DNA of 63,440 nt. Source: Methyloceanibacter sp. (lineage in GTDB: Bacteria; Pseudomonadota; Alphaproteobacteria; Rhizobiales; Methyloligellaceae). The stretch's first letter is position 1. Each line of letters starts with the position of its first letter. A model generated the notes under the pieces. The model did not search any database. It was not told where the DNA came from and was given only the letters and a program-made list of their open reading frames with translations. Both the position numbers and the translations under genes were made by a program. Where the stretch lies: the NCBI GenBank assembly GCA_035319265.1, contig DATHCZ010000003.1:1-63440 (forward strand), read 5' to 3'. This document shows, one piece after another, positions 30,830-40,349 of the stretch.

Positions 30830-31066
30830 CTAATCGTAGTCCCGGTAACGATATTTCCACCTCGGACCATAACCGTAGGAATACCGGTCGTAATAATAGG
30901 GACGGTAACGATACCCGTAATGCCGGTAGTGATAGCGCGGCCCGACATAGACGCTAACGCCGGGACCACCCCACCATCCGCGCCACCCCGCCTCGGCAGA
31001 AGCGGGCGTCATCGCGACTACGCCAAGAGCAGCCGCAGCCGCCGCGCATGTCAGCAGATATTTCAT
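30830..31066 (-). CDS. Small secreted Tyr/Arg/Gly-rich protein
   Basis: AAGGAGG RBS; Sec signal ending ASAEA; mature part GWRGWWGGPG...RYHYRHYGYRYRPYYYDRY; own terminator. Confidence 0.75.
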   Translation of the reverse strand: MKYLLTCAAAAAALGVVAMTPASAEAGWRGWWGGPGVSVYVGPRYHYRHYGYRYRPYYYDRYSYGYGPRWKYRYRDYD

Positions 31067-31215
31067 CGCATTCCTCCTTGAGTTCGCGTCGCTTTCCGAC
31101 GCGGCCATGGAGGGTCAACGCGAGCCCATGGTGAGGGTTCCCCGCGCCCCAACTTCGCCGCAAGCTTGACCTGAATGGTGCTCGTGCCAACCTCGATGAA
31201 CGACAGACACCCGCG

Positions 31216-32172
31216 ATGTGCGGCCGCCAACTGATCACGCGTCAGGATTTCCTCCGGGCCGCGCTCACACTCGCAGCGGCGCCGCTCCTGCGCGCGCTGC
31301 CCACCCGCGCCGACGACACCGCCGAAGCGAGCGAGATCGCGCCCGGAATTTTCGTGCATCAGGGGCGCTACGAGGTGCAGTCGCCCGAGAACCGCGGCGA
31401 CATGGCAAATGCGAGCTTTATCGTCGGCAACGAGTCCGTCGCGGTGATCGATACACTCGGCAGCGTGGTCGCCGGACGCGAGCTGCTCGCCGCGATTCGC
31501 GCCGCGACCAAAAAGCCGATTCGCTACGTGATCAACACCCACATGCATCCAGACCATGTGTTCGGCAACGCCGCGTTCAAAGAGGACTCTCCCACCTTCG
31601 TCGGCCATTACAAGCTTGCCCGCGGGCTCGCCTCGCGCGCCGAGCGTTATCTCACCATCAACCAGGAGATGCTCGGACCGCAAGCCTTCGAGGGCATCGA
31701 GATCATCGTGCCGACGCTTAAAATCGAGCGCAAGACGACGCTCGACCTCGGCGGCCGCACACTTTTGCTCGAGCCGCAGCGCACGGCGCATACCGACAAC
31801 GACCTCACCATCACCGATAGCGCGACTAACACGCTGTTCATGGGCGATCTCCTCTTCTCGGTGCATGTGCCGACGCTCGATGGCTCGATCAACGGCTGGC
31901 TCGCGCTGATGGAGGAGATGAAAACACGAGACGCTGCCCGCGTCGTGCCAGGCCATGGGCCCCATGCCATGGAGCTACCTGGGGCGTTAGAGCCCGAAGA
32001 ACGTTACCTCTCGGATATTGCCAATGACGTTAGGCAACTCATTAAGGAGGGCAAGACACTCGAGGACGCTACCAAAACGGCGGGATTCGAGGACCGCGAC
32101 GCCTGGAAGCTGTTCGACCACTATCATGTCCGCAATGTCTCTGCGGCGTTCGCAGAGCTCGAATGGGAGTGA
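31216..32172 (+). CDS. Quinoprotein relay system zinc metallohydrolase (MBL fold, Tat-type signal)
   Basis: TRQDFL Tat-like signal; NTHMHPDHVFGN, AHTDND, GDL, VPGHG, AELEWE; adjacent to the SoxYZ-like carrier. Confidence 0.85.
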   Translation: MCGRQLITRQDFLRAALTLAAAPLLRALPTRADDTAEASEIAPGIFVHQGRYEVQSPENRGDMANASFIVGNESVAVIDTLGSVVAGRELLAAIRAATKKPIRYVINTHMHPDHVFGNAAFKEDSPTFVGHYKLARGLASRAERYLTINQEMLGPQAFEGIEIIVPTLKIERKTTLDLGGRTLLLEPQRTAHTDNDLTITDSATNTLFMGDLLFSVHVPTLDGSINGWLALMEEMKTRDAARVVPGHGPHAMELPGALEPEERYLSDIANDVRQLIKEGKTLEDATKTAGFEDRDAWKLFDHYHVRNVSAAFAELEWE

Positions 32173-32209
32173 TATGATGCGGCCAACGCCAATCAAGGAG
32201 GCGGGCGCC

Positions 32210-33028
32210 ATGGCCTTCCCAATCAAGAGCTTCGTCAGCGTGTTGGGTCTAGCTGTCGTCGCAGCGACCCTGCTTGCCGGCCCTGCCGCGAAGACGGATG
32301 AGGATGTTTGGCCGGCACTGAAGAAGCAGACCTTCGGCGACCGCCCGATCGCTGCCGAGGACGGTGTGGTGACCCTCGATGCGCCCTACACGGCCGATGA
32401 TCCCGCGCTCGTTCCGCTCACCGTGCATGTACCACCGGCGGTCAAGCAAAAGATCAAGTCGCTCACGCTCTTCATCGACAAAAATCCCGACCCCATGGTG
32501 GCGAAGATCACGTTTGGGCCGGCGGCTGGCCAGGGAGGTGAGCGGAGCTTCTCGACGCGGGTTCGCATCGATAATTTCTCGCATGTCCGCGCCGTGCTCG
32601 AGACCGAGGACGGCCAGCTTCACATGGCGACCAAGTTCGTGGCTGCCTCCGGCGGCTGCGGCGCCATGCAGGCCAAGGACCCCGATACCGAGAATGTCGA
32701 TCTCGGCAAGATGATCGTGAAGACCTTCCCGCCGGCGCTTAGCGCGGACCCGATCTGGTCTGCCCAAGTGATGATCAAGCACCCAAACTCTAACGGCATG
32801 CAGCTTGACATCAACACTGCGAACGTCATCCCTGCGCGCTTCGTTAAGGACGTGGTGGTGAAGCGCGACGGCGAGCTCGTGTTCCAATTGGAAGGCACGT
32901 TCTCGATCTCGACCAACCCGAATTTCCGCTTCACCTTCGGACGTGGTCCCGAGAACGTCCTGGACGTCGCCATTACCGACACAAACGGCGCGGTGTTCGC
33001 CGGTCAGTCGGGGCTGAGTGGGTCTTAG
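32210..33028 (+). CDS. Quinoprotein dehydrogenase-associated SoxYZ-like fused carrier
   Basis: AAGGAGG RBS; signal peptide; SoxY-like half (IDKNPDP, STRVRID, ASGGC) fused to a SoxZ-like half (IKHPNSNG, ISTNPNFRF). Confidence 0.88.
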   Translation: MAFPIKSFVSVLGLAVVAATLLAGPAAKTDEDVWPALKKQTFGDRPIAAEDGVVTLDAPYTADDPALVPLTVHVPPAVKQKIKSLTLFIDKNPDPMVAKITFGPAAGQGGERSFSTRVRIDNFSHVRAVLETEDGQLHMATKFVAASGGCGAMQAKDPDTENVDLGKMIVKTFPPALSADPIWSAQVMIKHPNSNGMQLDINTANVIPARFVKDVVVKRDGELVFQLEGTFSISTNPNFRFTFGRGPENVLDVAITDTNGAVFAGQSGLSGS

Positions 33029-33061
33029 AAAGCAAGACCGCCGCCAAGCAATCGCGGTGAC

Positions 33062-33610
33062 ATGAGTGCGCCATTGGCGATGGCGGTGATCGATTTGCGA
33101 AACTACGTTGCCCAAGAGACTCTCGAAGACGGAACCGCCGTGACGGTACGGGCCATACGTCGAGAGGACCAGGATGCCCTGCGCGCAGTATTTGAGAACC
33201 TCGATGAGGAATCGTTCTATCGGCGCTTTCTCGGCCCAAAGAAGGAGCTGACGGAGACCGACCTTGCTCAGTTCACTGACTTGGATTTCGCCCACGTCGT
33301 TGGCCTCGTCGTCATGATGCAAACCCGAGACGGCGAGACGCTGATCGCCGGTGGCCGCTTCGCGGAGAATCCAGCTTCACCGGGAACCGCTGAACTTGCC
33401 TTCACCACCGACAAGCGCTATCGGGGACGCGGACTAGCGAACCTGATCTTGCGTCATCTCGCCCGCATCGCAAGAGAACTGGGCATCTCACGCTTCGAGG
33501 GCGATGTGCTTGCCGACAATCAGCCGATGCTGGCCGTGTTGCGCGGGAGCGGTTTGCCGCTGCGGCAGGACAAGGAGGCCAACGTCATTCACGTCACGCT
33601 TTCGCTCTGA
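33062..33610 (+). CDS. GNAT family N-acetyltransferase
   Basis: DGTAVTVRAI, SFYRRFLG, AELAF, YRGRGLA, VLADNQPML; resembles the GNAT domain of acyl-CoA synthetase/acetyltransferases. Confidence 0.85.
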   Translation: MSAPLAMAVIDLRNYVAQETLEDGTAVTVRAIRREDQDALRAVFENLDEESFYRRFLGPKKELTETDLAQFTDLDFAHVVGLVVMMQTRDGETLIAGGRFAENPASPGTAELAFTTDKRYRGRGLANLILRHLARIARELGISRFEGDVLADNQPMLAVLRGSGLPLRQDKEANVIHVTLSL

Positions 33611-33622
33611 ATCGCGCAACGC

Positions 33623-33892
33623 CTATTGCTGCTGCTTGCTCGAGTAGTAGATCTGCGCCTGGAGCAGGAATTCCTCGGGCTTCTTGAGGAAGAGCGTCTT
33701 GGCCGTCTCGTTGCCGAAGCAATAGGTCTTGCCCTTGTAGACGGTGTTGACCGAGCAATCGGTCTTGATGTCCTTGCCGAGCGCGAGCCCCATCACGCAT
33801 TCGTTGCCGTACTCGCCTTCGGTGGCGCGGGCGGCATCCGCGCAGAGGCTCAAGGCCGCTGCAAGAACAATGATGCGTGATGCCGTCTTCAT
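33623..33892 (-). CDS. Small periplasmic YHS-like protein
   Basis: GGAGG RBS; signal peptide; CVMG...YKGKTYCFG...FLKKP. Confidence 0.75.
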   Translation of the reverse strand: MKTASRIIVLAAALSLCADAARATEGEYGNECVMGLALGKDIKTDCSVNTVYKGKTYCFGNETAKTLFLKKPEEFLLQAQIYYSSKQQQ

Positions 33893-33917
33893 CGTGCTTC
33901 CTCCGCATCGGAAGTAT

Positions 33918-33993
<76 letters not shown>

Positions 33994-34032
33994 TCGAGCG
34001 CCATCTCAGATGGCGCTCTCGTTTCTATCTGC

Positions 34033-34078
34033 GCATGATCTTATCGGAAAACCGGTATCCACTTTTCCGGATCATGCT
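34033..34078. repeat. RIME-like (rhizobial intergenic mosaic) element
   Basis: GCATGATCTTATCGGAAAACCGGTATCCACTTTTCCGGATCATGC: terminal inverted repeat GCATGATC/GATCATGC with an internal GGAAAA/TTTTCC pair. Confidence 0.75.
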
Positions 34079-34221
34079 GGGGAAGTCCGCCTCTGCCTGG
34101 CAAGGCGCATCCTAGGATGATCCCAACACGGCGTTCACCCCAAGGGTGCTCCCCTTAGCATTGCGCTCCTTCCCCTGTCCAGAGTGCGCCTCAAGGGCTC
34201 TATCCGCGGCCTTCTGAGGCC

Positions 34222-35379
34222 TCACCAAACGGGGCCGAGTTCCTCGCGCCTGATGCGGACCTGGCGATTGACGTGGGCGTTCAGCACGAAGCCCAAGCCG
34301 ATCATCATGGTCAACATCGAGGTGCCGCCATAGGAGACGAGTGGAAGCGGCACGCCCACCACCGGCACGAGTCCTGTCACCATCGCCACGTTGATGAACA
34401 CATAGGTAAATAAGCAAAGCCCAATGCCGGCGGCGACGAGCCTTGCGAAGGTGCTGCGGCATCTAAGCGCCATATAGGCAATGAACAGCAGAACGAGAAG
34501 ATAGAGCGCAAGCAGCGACACCGCGCCGACAAACCCCATCTCCTCGGCGAACATGGTGAAGATGAAGTCGGTGTGCTTCTCGGGGAGGAAATTGAGCTGG
34601 GCTTGTGTACCCTGCATGAAGCCCTTGCCCATCAGCCCGCCCGAGCCGACCGCGATCTTCGACTGGAGGATGTGATAACCGGAGCCGAGCGGATCGCGCT
34701 CGGGGTCGATGAACGTCAGCACCCTCTCCTTCTGATAGCCGTGCAGGCGCTCCCAGATATGGGGCAAGACGACGATGACGCCGACGATCCCGCCGAAATA
34801 GTAGAGCCAGCTCACGCCGGCGAGAAAGAGGAGGCCAGATCCGACCACGCCAAAGAGCATGGCAGTGCCGAGATCGGGCTGGGCAAGGGCGAGCAGCACC
34901 GGCGCCCCGATCATGGCGAGAGGAATGAGCAGCGCGTGCGGCCAGGAGACCTTCTCCGGAGGCAGCCACTGGTAGTAGCGCGCGAGCGCCAGGACGAGAG
35001 CGATCTTCATCATTTCGGACGGCTGAAAGGTGAGCTCGCCATAGCCGAGCCAGCGTTTGGCGCCGCCGCTCTCAACCCCGATCACCATCACCAAGGCGAG
35101 CAGCATGAGCGCCACGAGATAGAGCGGATAGGCGGCCTTCAACCACCAGCGAATGTCAGACACCGCGACGGCGAAGAGAAGCGCAAGCCCAAGGCAGAAG
35201 CGCACCACGTGACGGCTCGCCCAAGGTTCGAGCGAGCCGCCCGCGACCGAATAAAGCGCAGCCACGCCGATAGAGGTGATGGCGGCGATCAGCAGGAGAA
35301 ACGGCCAGTTGATGAGGAGTAGCTTCTCGGTGAGCTTGAACGGGCGCTTCTCGTAGCCCTGCTCAAGGAACATGCTCAT
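34222..35379 (-). CDS. rodA: Rod shape-determining protein RodA (SEDS family)
   Basis: GAKRW, FQPSEMMK, QPDLGT, FLPEKHTDFIF, GVPLPLVSYGGTS; downstream of mrdA. Confidence 0.96.
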   Translation of the reverse strand: MSMFLEQGYEKRPFKLTEKLLLINWPFLLLIAAITSIGVAALYSVAGGSLEPWASRHVVRFCLGLALLFAVAVSDIRWWLKAAYPLYLVALMLLALVMVIGVESGGAKRWLGYGELTFQPSEMMKIALVLALARYYQWLPPEKVSWPHALLIPLAMIGAPVLLALAQPDLGTAMLFGVVGSGLLFLAGVSWLYYFGGIVGVIVVLPHIWERLHGYQKERVLTFIDPERDPLGSGYHILQSKIAVGSGGLMGKGFMQGTQAQLNFLPEKHTDFIFTMFAEEMGFVGAVSLLALYLLVLLFIAYMALRCRSTFARLVAAGIGLCLFTYVFINVAMVTGLVPVVGVPLPLVSYGGTSMLTMMIGLGFVLNAHVNRQVRIRREELGPVW

Positions 35380-37262
35380 CGCCCGCCTCCCGCATCGGCC
35401 ACGGCCGAGCCCGCGTCTACATCATTGCTTGCAACGAAAGCGGGCCGCGCCGCAGGATCGCGCAATAACAGCTCCGTCATCACATCACGAACGATCGGCG
35501 CCGCGGTTTGTGCGCCCCAACCTCCATGCTCGACGACGCAAGCGACCGAATAACGCGGCGCATCGACCGGCGCGAAGGCGATGAACAGCGAATGGGGTTT
35601 GGCTTCGAAGCCCGTGAAGTGATGGGCGACGCCGTGCCCAAAGGCCTGCGCCGTCCCGGTCTTCCCCGCCATCAGCATGCCGGGAAGCTTGAGCGCGACG
35701 CGGGTGGCGGTGCCGCCTTTCTCATTTACCACCGCGGCCATTCCGTCGCGGACGAGCTGGAGATGCACGGGATCGATGGGGAGTGGTTGGGGCTGATCGG
35801 CCGCGGCGCCCGCACCCGGGCGCACGAAGCGCGGCACGATCGCCCTGCCGGACGCGACCCTGCCCGCCACAAGCGCGAGGTGAAGCGGCGTTGCCAACAC
35901 ATAGCCCTGCCCGATTGCGCAGCTGATGGTCTCGCCGGGGTACCAAGGTTGCCCGAGCGTGGCGCGCTTCCAGGCGGTATCGGGCATGACGCCAGCCTTA
36001 GCCCCCGGTAGTTCGCGGTCGTAAGCCTTGCCAAGACCGAGCGCGCGCCCGGTGACCGCGAGCTTGTCGATCCCCATGCGGTGAGCCGTCTCGTAGAAAT
36101 AGACGTCGCAGGACGACTTGATGGCGTCGTGCAGTGCGATCGCGCCGTGGCTCTTCCAGCAGTGGAAGAGATGGTTGCCGAAGAAATAGCTGCCCCGACA
36201 GACGATGTGCTCCTCGGGCGTGACCACGCCGGCCGTCAAGGCCGCCAGCGCATTAACGACCTTGAAGGTCGATCCGGGCGGATATTGCCCCATCACCGCG
36301 CGATTGTTGAGGGGCTCGTCGGGGCTCCCCGTCAGGGCCGCCCATTGCTTTGCGTCAGGCTTGAAGGCGACCTCGTTGGCATTGAAGGAGGGCACCGAGA
36401 CCATCACCAGCACATCGCCAGTGGTGCAATCGAGCGCCACCAATGAGCCGCGGCGTTCGCTCGCGATACGATTGTACGCGATCGCCTGCAGCTCATGATC
36501 GATGGTAAGGACCAAGTCCCGTCCGGGCACGCTCGGCGTCGAGCCGAGCTCGCGCACGATCCGGCCATGGGCGTCCACCTCCGAGGTGACGTTGCCTGCG
36601 TATCCCCTCAGCCAGCGGTCGAAGCCCTTCTCCACTCCGGTCTTGCCAAGCCGGAAGCCGGGGACGCGCATGACCGGGTCCTCATCGACCTCGCCTTTGC
36701 CGGCCATGCCGACATAGCCGACGACGTGGGCGGTGGGTTCGGGACTGTTGTAGATGCGGAACGAGCCGACATCGGTGGCCACGCCGGGGAGCTGAGGCGC
36801 CAGCACGTTGAGCAGGGCGAACTGCCGCCACGAAAGCCCCTCGACCACGACCACCGGCCGATAGCTGCTTTGGCGCCGCGCCGTGCGCAGCACGCGGTCG
36901 CGGTCGGCTGCCGGTATGGGAACGATGCGGGACAGCGCGTCGAGCGTCCGGCCGAGACCCTTGGCGAAGGCCGGCACCACGGTGACGCGTAAGCTCTCTC
37001 GGCTCTCCGCCACGGGAGTGCCGAAGCGATCGTAGATCGCGCCGCGGCGCGGCGCGGTGAGCTGACGGCTCAAGCGATTTTCGTCTGCGAGCAAGCGATA
37101 TTGCGACGAGTCCAAGATCTGCAGCTCGCGAAGGCGCCAAGCGAGCAGGCCGAACAATCCGGCCTGTCCAGCGCCGACGAGAAGCGCGCGCCGCGAGAAG
37201 CGCAGGCGCTGTTTCCGTGCCGGGTCGCGCGCCTTAGTATCTCCCGAAACACGCGTCTTCAT
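35376..37262 (-). CDS. mrdA: Penicillin-binding protein 2
   Basis: RRGAIYDR, YPPGSTFK (SxxK), SCDVYFY, AGKTGTAQ. Confidence 0.95.
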   Translation of the reverse strand: MKTRVSGDTKARDPARKQRLRFSRRALLVGAGQAGLFGLLAWRLRELQILDSSQYRLLADENRLSRQLTAPRRGAIYDRFGTPVAESRESLRVTVVPAFAKGLGRTLDALSRIVPIPAADRDRVLRTARRQSSYRPVVVVEGLSWRQFALLNVLAPQLPGVATDVGSFRIYNSPEPTAHVVGYVGMAGKGEVDEDPVMRVPGFRLGKTGVEKGFDRWLRGYAGNVTSEVDAHGRIVRELGSTPSVPGRDLVLTIDHELQAIAYNRIASERRGSLVALDCTTGDVLVMVSVPSFNANEVAFKPDAKQWAALTGSPDEPLNNRAVMGQYPPGSTFKVVNALAALTAGVVTPEEHIVCRGSYFFGNHLFHCWKSHGAIALHDAIKSSCDVYFYETAHRMGIDKLAVTGRALGLGKAYDRELPGAKAGVMPDTAWKRATLGQPWYPGETISCAIGQGYVLATPLHLALVAGRVASGRAIVPRFVRPGAGAAADQPQPLPIDPVHLQLVRDGMAAVVNEKGGTATRVALKLPGMLMAGKTGTAQAFGHGVAHHFTGFEAKPHSLFIAFAPVDAPRYSVACVVEHGGWGAQTAAPIVRDVMTELLLRDPAARPAFVASNDVDAGSAVADAGGGR

Positions 37263-37768
37263 GACGAGCTCCGGAACAAATTGGAGCGGTCGGGACCGAA
37301 TCTGCCGCGTCTAATCCAGACAAGGCCCCGCAACACCACGGGAAAGAGCGCGATCGAGGCGAGCGTGCCGAACAGAATCGGCCACCAATCGATCCAGCGC
37401 AAGAAATAGAGCGAGCCCAGCAACCAGCCGAGCACCCCAAGCGCAAGCGCAAGCGCGCTCCAGATCAGCCACAGAAGCCGCAAGTCTCGCGGCTCAACCG
37501 CGACACGCAACAAGCCACCAACGCTCGCTGCGATCAAAGCCATGAGTGCGAAGAAACCGAGAGGACCGCCGCTCATCACGTCGGTGAGGAGGCCGAGCAA
37601 TAGGCATGCGGTGAGCGGCAATACCACGTCGGGCATGAGGCGCCAGCAAAACACCATCATCACCACTACGAGAGGAAGCATGAAGGTCGCGTCAGCCGGC
37701 AAGCCCCAAGGTACCGCGGTCGCAAGCACCGCGAAGAGGACGGAAAGCGCGGGCAGGATCGGGCTCAT
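37259..37768 (-). CDS. mreD: Rod shape-determining protein MreD
   Basis: Hydrophobic protein with LGLLTDVMSGGPLG, between mreC and mrdA. Confidence 0.85.
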   Translation of the reverse strand: MSPILPALSVLFAVLATAVPWGLPADATFMLPLVVVMMVFCWRLMPDVVLPLTACLLLGLLTDVMSGGPLGFFALMALIAASVGGLLRVAVEPRDLRLLWLIWSALALALGVLGWLLGSLYFLRWIDWWPILFGTLASIALFPVVLRGLVWIRRGRFGPDRSNLFRSSS

Positions 37769-38790
37769 TGATCGGCCTGCGCTTCCCCTCCTCCGGCTGC
37801 CGAGCCGTCCTCGGCGCCGGCATGCTTGACGGCGCTGCCGACAGGGTTGACGCTCGACACCGGCTGAACCGGCTGCGGTAGCGTCGAGGCCGCGCTGGTT
37901 GGCGCCGCCGACAGAGGACCGTCGATCGGGCCCGCCACAGGATCGCTGTTCACAAGCTCGGGCGTATCGAAGAACAGCACGCTCACTGCATCGAGCGCGC
38001 GGAGATCGGCATAGGGCCGTACCCGGAAGGCACCCGGCGTTCCGGTCACCGTGCCGACGCGAAGCCCGCGCGGCAACACGCCGTCGCTGCCGGAGGTGTA
38101 AACCTCGTCCCCTTCATAGAGTGAGGTGCCGTCAGGGAGAAAATCGAGTCTGAGCTCGGCGCTGTTGTCGCCTGAGGCCATCGCGCGAACGCCGGCAGGC
38201 CCGACCAGAACCGGGATGTGGCTGTTGAGGTCGTTCAACAACAGCACGCGGGCGACCGAGGATCCCGCATCGATCGTGTGTCCGACGAGGCCGTTGCCGT
38301 CGATAACGGCATAGCCGACGCGCACGCCATTGTCCCTGCCGAGATTGATCAGGGCGCTCCTGAGAAATGGACCGCGCGCGTCGGCGATGACGCTCCCGGT
38401 GACGAAATTGAGCGCGGGCTCGTCAACCGCGTTGAGCAAAGCGCGCAGATGGGCGTTCTTGCGCTCGAGCAGCTTTGCATTCCATTCCCATTGTTTGAGC
38501 TGATCGTTCTCGGCCCTAAGCCGATCGATCTCGGCGAAGGCATCGGCATAGGTTCGTGCGCGCTTGATCAAATGCCGCCCCTCGATTACCGGAATCGACA
38601 TTGCTTCGAGTAGAGGCGCGGAGAGATCGACGAAGCGCTCGCGCAGGCCGTCGATGCCGTTATGACCGATGCGGCTCAAGACGAGAAGCAAGGCGCAGAA
38701 GAAGTAAAGCGTGAACGTCAGAAGCTCACCCCGGGCCCGCCGCCAGGACCGGCGGGGGCTGCGGTAGATCGATGATGCTCCTCCCCGCAT
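37765..38790 (-). CDS. mreC: Rod shape-determining protein MreC
   Basis: TM segment, coiled coil LRAENDQL, GLVG, VYTSGSDGVLPRGLRVG. Confidence 0.93.
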   Translation of the reverse strand: MRGGASSIYRSPRRSWRRARGELLTFTLYFFCALLLVLSRIGHNGIDGLRERFVDLSAPLLEAMSIPVIEGRHLIKRARTYADAFAEIDRLRAENDQLKQWEWNAKLLERKNAHLRALLNAVDEPALNFVTGSVIADARGPFLRSALINLGRDNGVRVGYAVIDGNGLVGHTIDAGSSVARVLLLNDLNSHIPVLVGPAGVRAMASGDNSAELRLDFLPDGTSLYEGDEVYTSGSDGVLPRGLRVGTVTGTPGAFRVRPYADLRALDAVSVLFFDTPELVNSDPVAGPIDGPLSAAPTSAASTLPQPVQPVSSVNPVGSAVKHAGAEDGSAAGGGEAQADQ

Positions 38791-38883
38791 CTTGAGTCTC
38801 GCTCGAGGGAACGCCTGAACGGCGTCTTGATTCCCTCTTCTTTGGGGGCTCGCGCAGCTAGAAGCCCCGTCGTCAGTTGCTGA

Positions 38884-39924
38884 TCATGGCTTGATCAGAA
38901 GATGAGCCATGGTGTCGAGCTGCTCCAACACCGTGCCGGTTCCCCGCGCAACGCAGCGCAGCGGGTCTTCGGCGATCTTAAATTTCACCCCGGTTTCTTG
39001 GGCGAGCCGCACGTCGAGCCGTTCGAGCAGCGCCCCGCCTCCGGTGAGATAAATGCCGGAGTCGCAAAGATCGGCGACCAGCTCCGGCGGCACGTCGGCA
39101 AGCGCTTGGCGAATCCCACCTACGATCTGTTGAATCGGCAGGCTCAGAGCCTCGGCGATGTCATGAGGCTCGAGCTCGATTTCGGTGGGGAAGCCACGCT
39201 GTAAATCGCGCCCCTTCATGTGGATGGTCACGCGCTCGCCGTTGGTCTTGGCGAGAGCCGAACCCTGCTCCTTCTTGACGGCTTCGGCGCTCGCCGACCC
39301 GATCAGGAGATGGTGCTTGAAGCGCACATAATTGACGATCGCCTCGTCCATCGCGTTGCCGGCGGTGCGAATCGAATGCGAATAGATCACGTCACCCATC
39401 GCCAGCACGGCGATGTCGGTCGTACCGCCGCCGATATCGACGATCATCGAGCCGCGCGTCTCGGTGATGGGAAGCCCGGCGCCGATCGCCGCAGCGACCG
39501 GCTCCTCGATCAGATAGACACGTCGCGCACCCGCCGACAATCCCGCTTCATGTACGGCACGGCGCTCGACCGGCGTCGCGCTCGCCGGCACGCAGATCAT
39601 CACGCGCGGGCTCGAGAACAGCGAGCGCCGCTGCACCAGGCGGATGAAGTGCTTGATCATCTCCTCGGCCGCGGCGAAGTCGGCGATCACGCCGTCGCGC
39701 AGAGGCTGGATCGTTTCGATCTTGCTCGGGGTGCGGCCAAGCATCGTTTTGGCCTCACGGCCGACGGCGATGACCTTGCGCTCACCATCGCGGGCTTGCG
39801 TGACGGCGACGACAGAAGGCTCGTCGAGAACGATCCCCCGGCCTGGCACGTACACCAGCGTGTTCGCCGTGCCGAGATCGATGGCCATGTCCTTCGAGAC
39901 AAAGCCCAAGGCCTGCGAGAGCAT
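38884..39924 (-). CDS. mreB: Rod shape-determining actin MreB
   Basis: AIDLGTANTLV, EPSVVAV, RDGVIADF, VDIGGGTTD, LTGGGALL, PLRCVARGTG. Confidence 0.96.
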   Translation of the reverse strand: MLSQALGFVSKDMAIDLGTANTLVYVPGRGIVLDEPSVVAVTQARDGERKVIAVGREAKTMLGRTPSKIETIQPLRDGVIADFAAAEEMIKHFIRLVQRRSLFSSPRVMICVPASATPVERRAVHEAGLSAGARRVYLIEEPVAAAIGAGLPITETRGSMIVDIGGGTTDIAVLAMGDVIYSHSIRTAGNAMDEAIVNYVRFKHHLLIGSASAEAVKKEQGSALAKTNGERVTIHMKGRDLQRGFPTEIELEPHDIAEALSLPIQQIVGGIRQALADVPPELVADLCDSGIYLTGGGALLERLDVRLAQETGVKFKIAEDPLRCVARGTGTVLEQLDTMAHLLIKP

Positions 39925-40349
39925 ACGCCCGCCCCAATCGGCTCGCCTCAGAGGGAGCCCCGAACGCCACTGAAATTGCGAGCGGCAGGAAGCTGTTGAG
40001 TGCTTGGCCGTCTGCCGAGCGCCAAACCATGTTGCGGCAAATCGGCGTGGCGAGCAATGCATGAGTGGCCGTTTAAAAAAAACAATTCGCTTGCCATGCT
40101 CAAGCGCCGCGTCGCGGTCGCAGAGTCCACCTCCGAGCCGACTCGCTCGCCAAAATTGGGCGTCCGTTAAAGGGGGCCGTTAAAGACCCGAGACAATATC
40201 GTGACAGACCTACAAATTCCACCTTGCGGCAAAGACGGACGACACGCCGCGACGCCGCCAGGTCTACGGCGGCCGGCGCGGCTTGCCTCCAATTACTGGC
40301 AACGATGGCCGGAGTTCTTAGCCCGTGCCAATAAATGCGAAGAGCTGGC

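Noticed and set aside
30830-31066. Tyr-rich peptide as a RiPP precursor
   Set aside because: It has an ordinary Sec signal, and no adjacent modification enzyme, peptidase or exporter is present.
32210-33028. SoxYZ as evidence of thiosulfate oxidation
   Set aside because: It is a fused form with an internal GGC and no soxABX/CD nearby, matching the quinoprotein-associated family.
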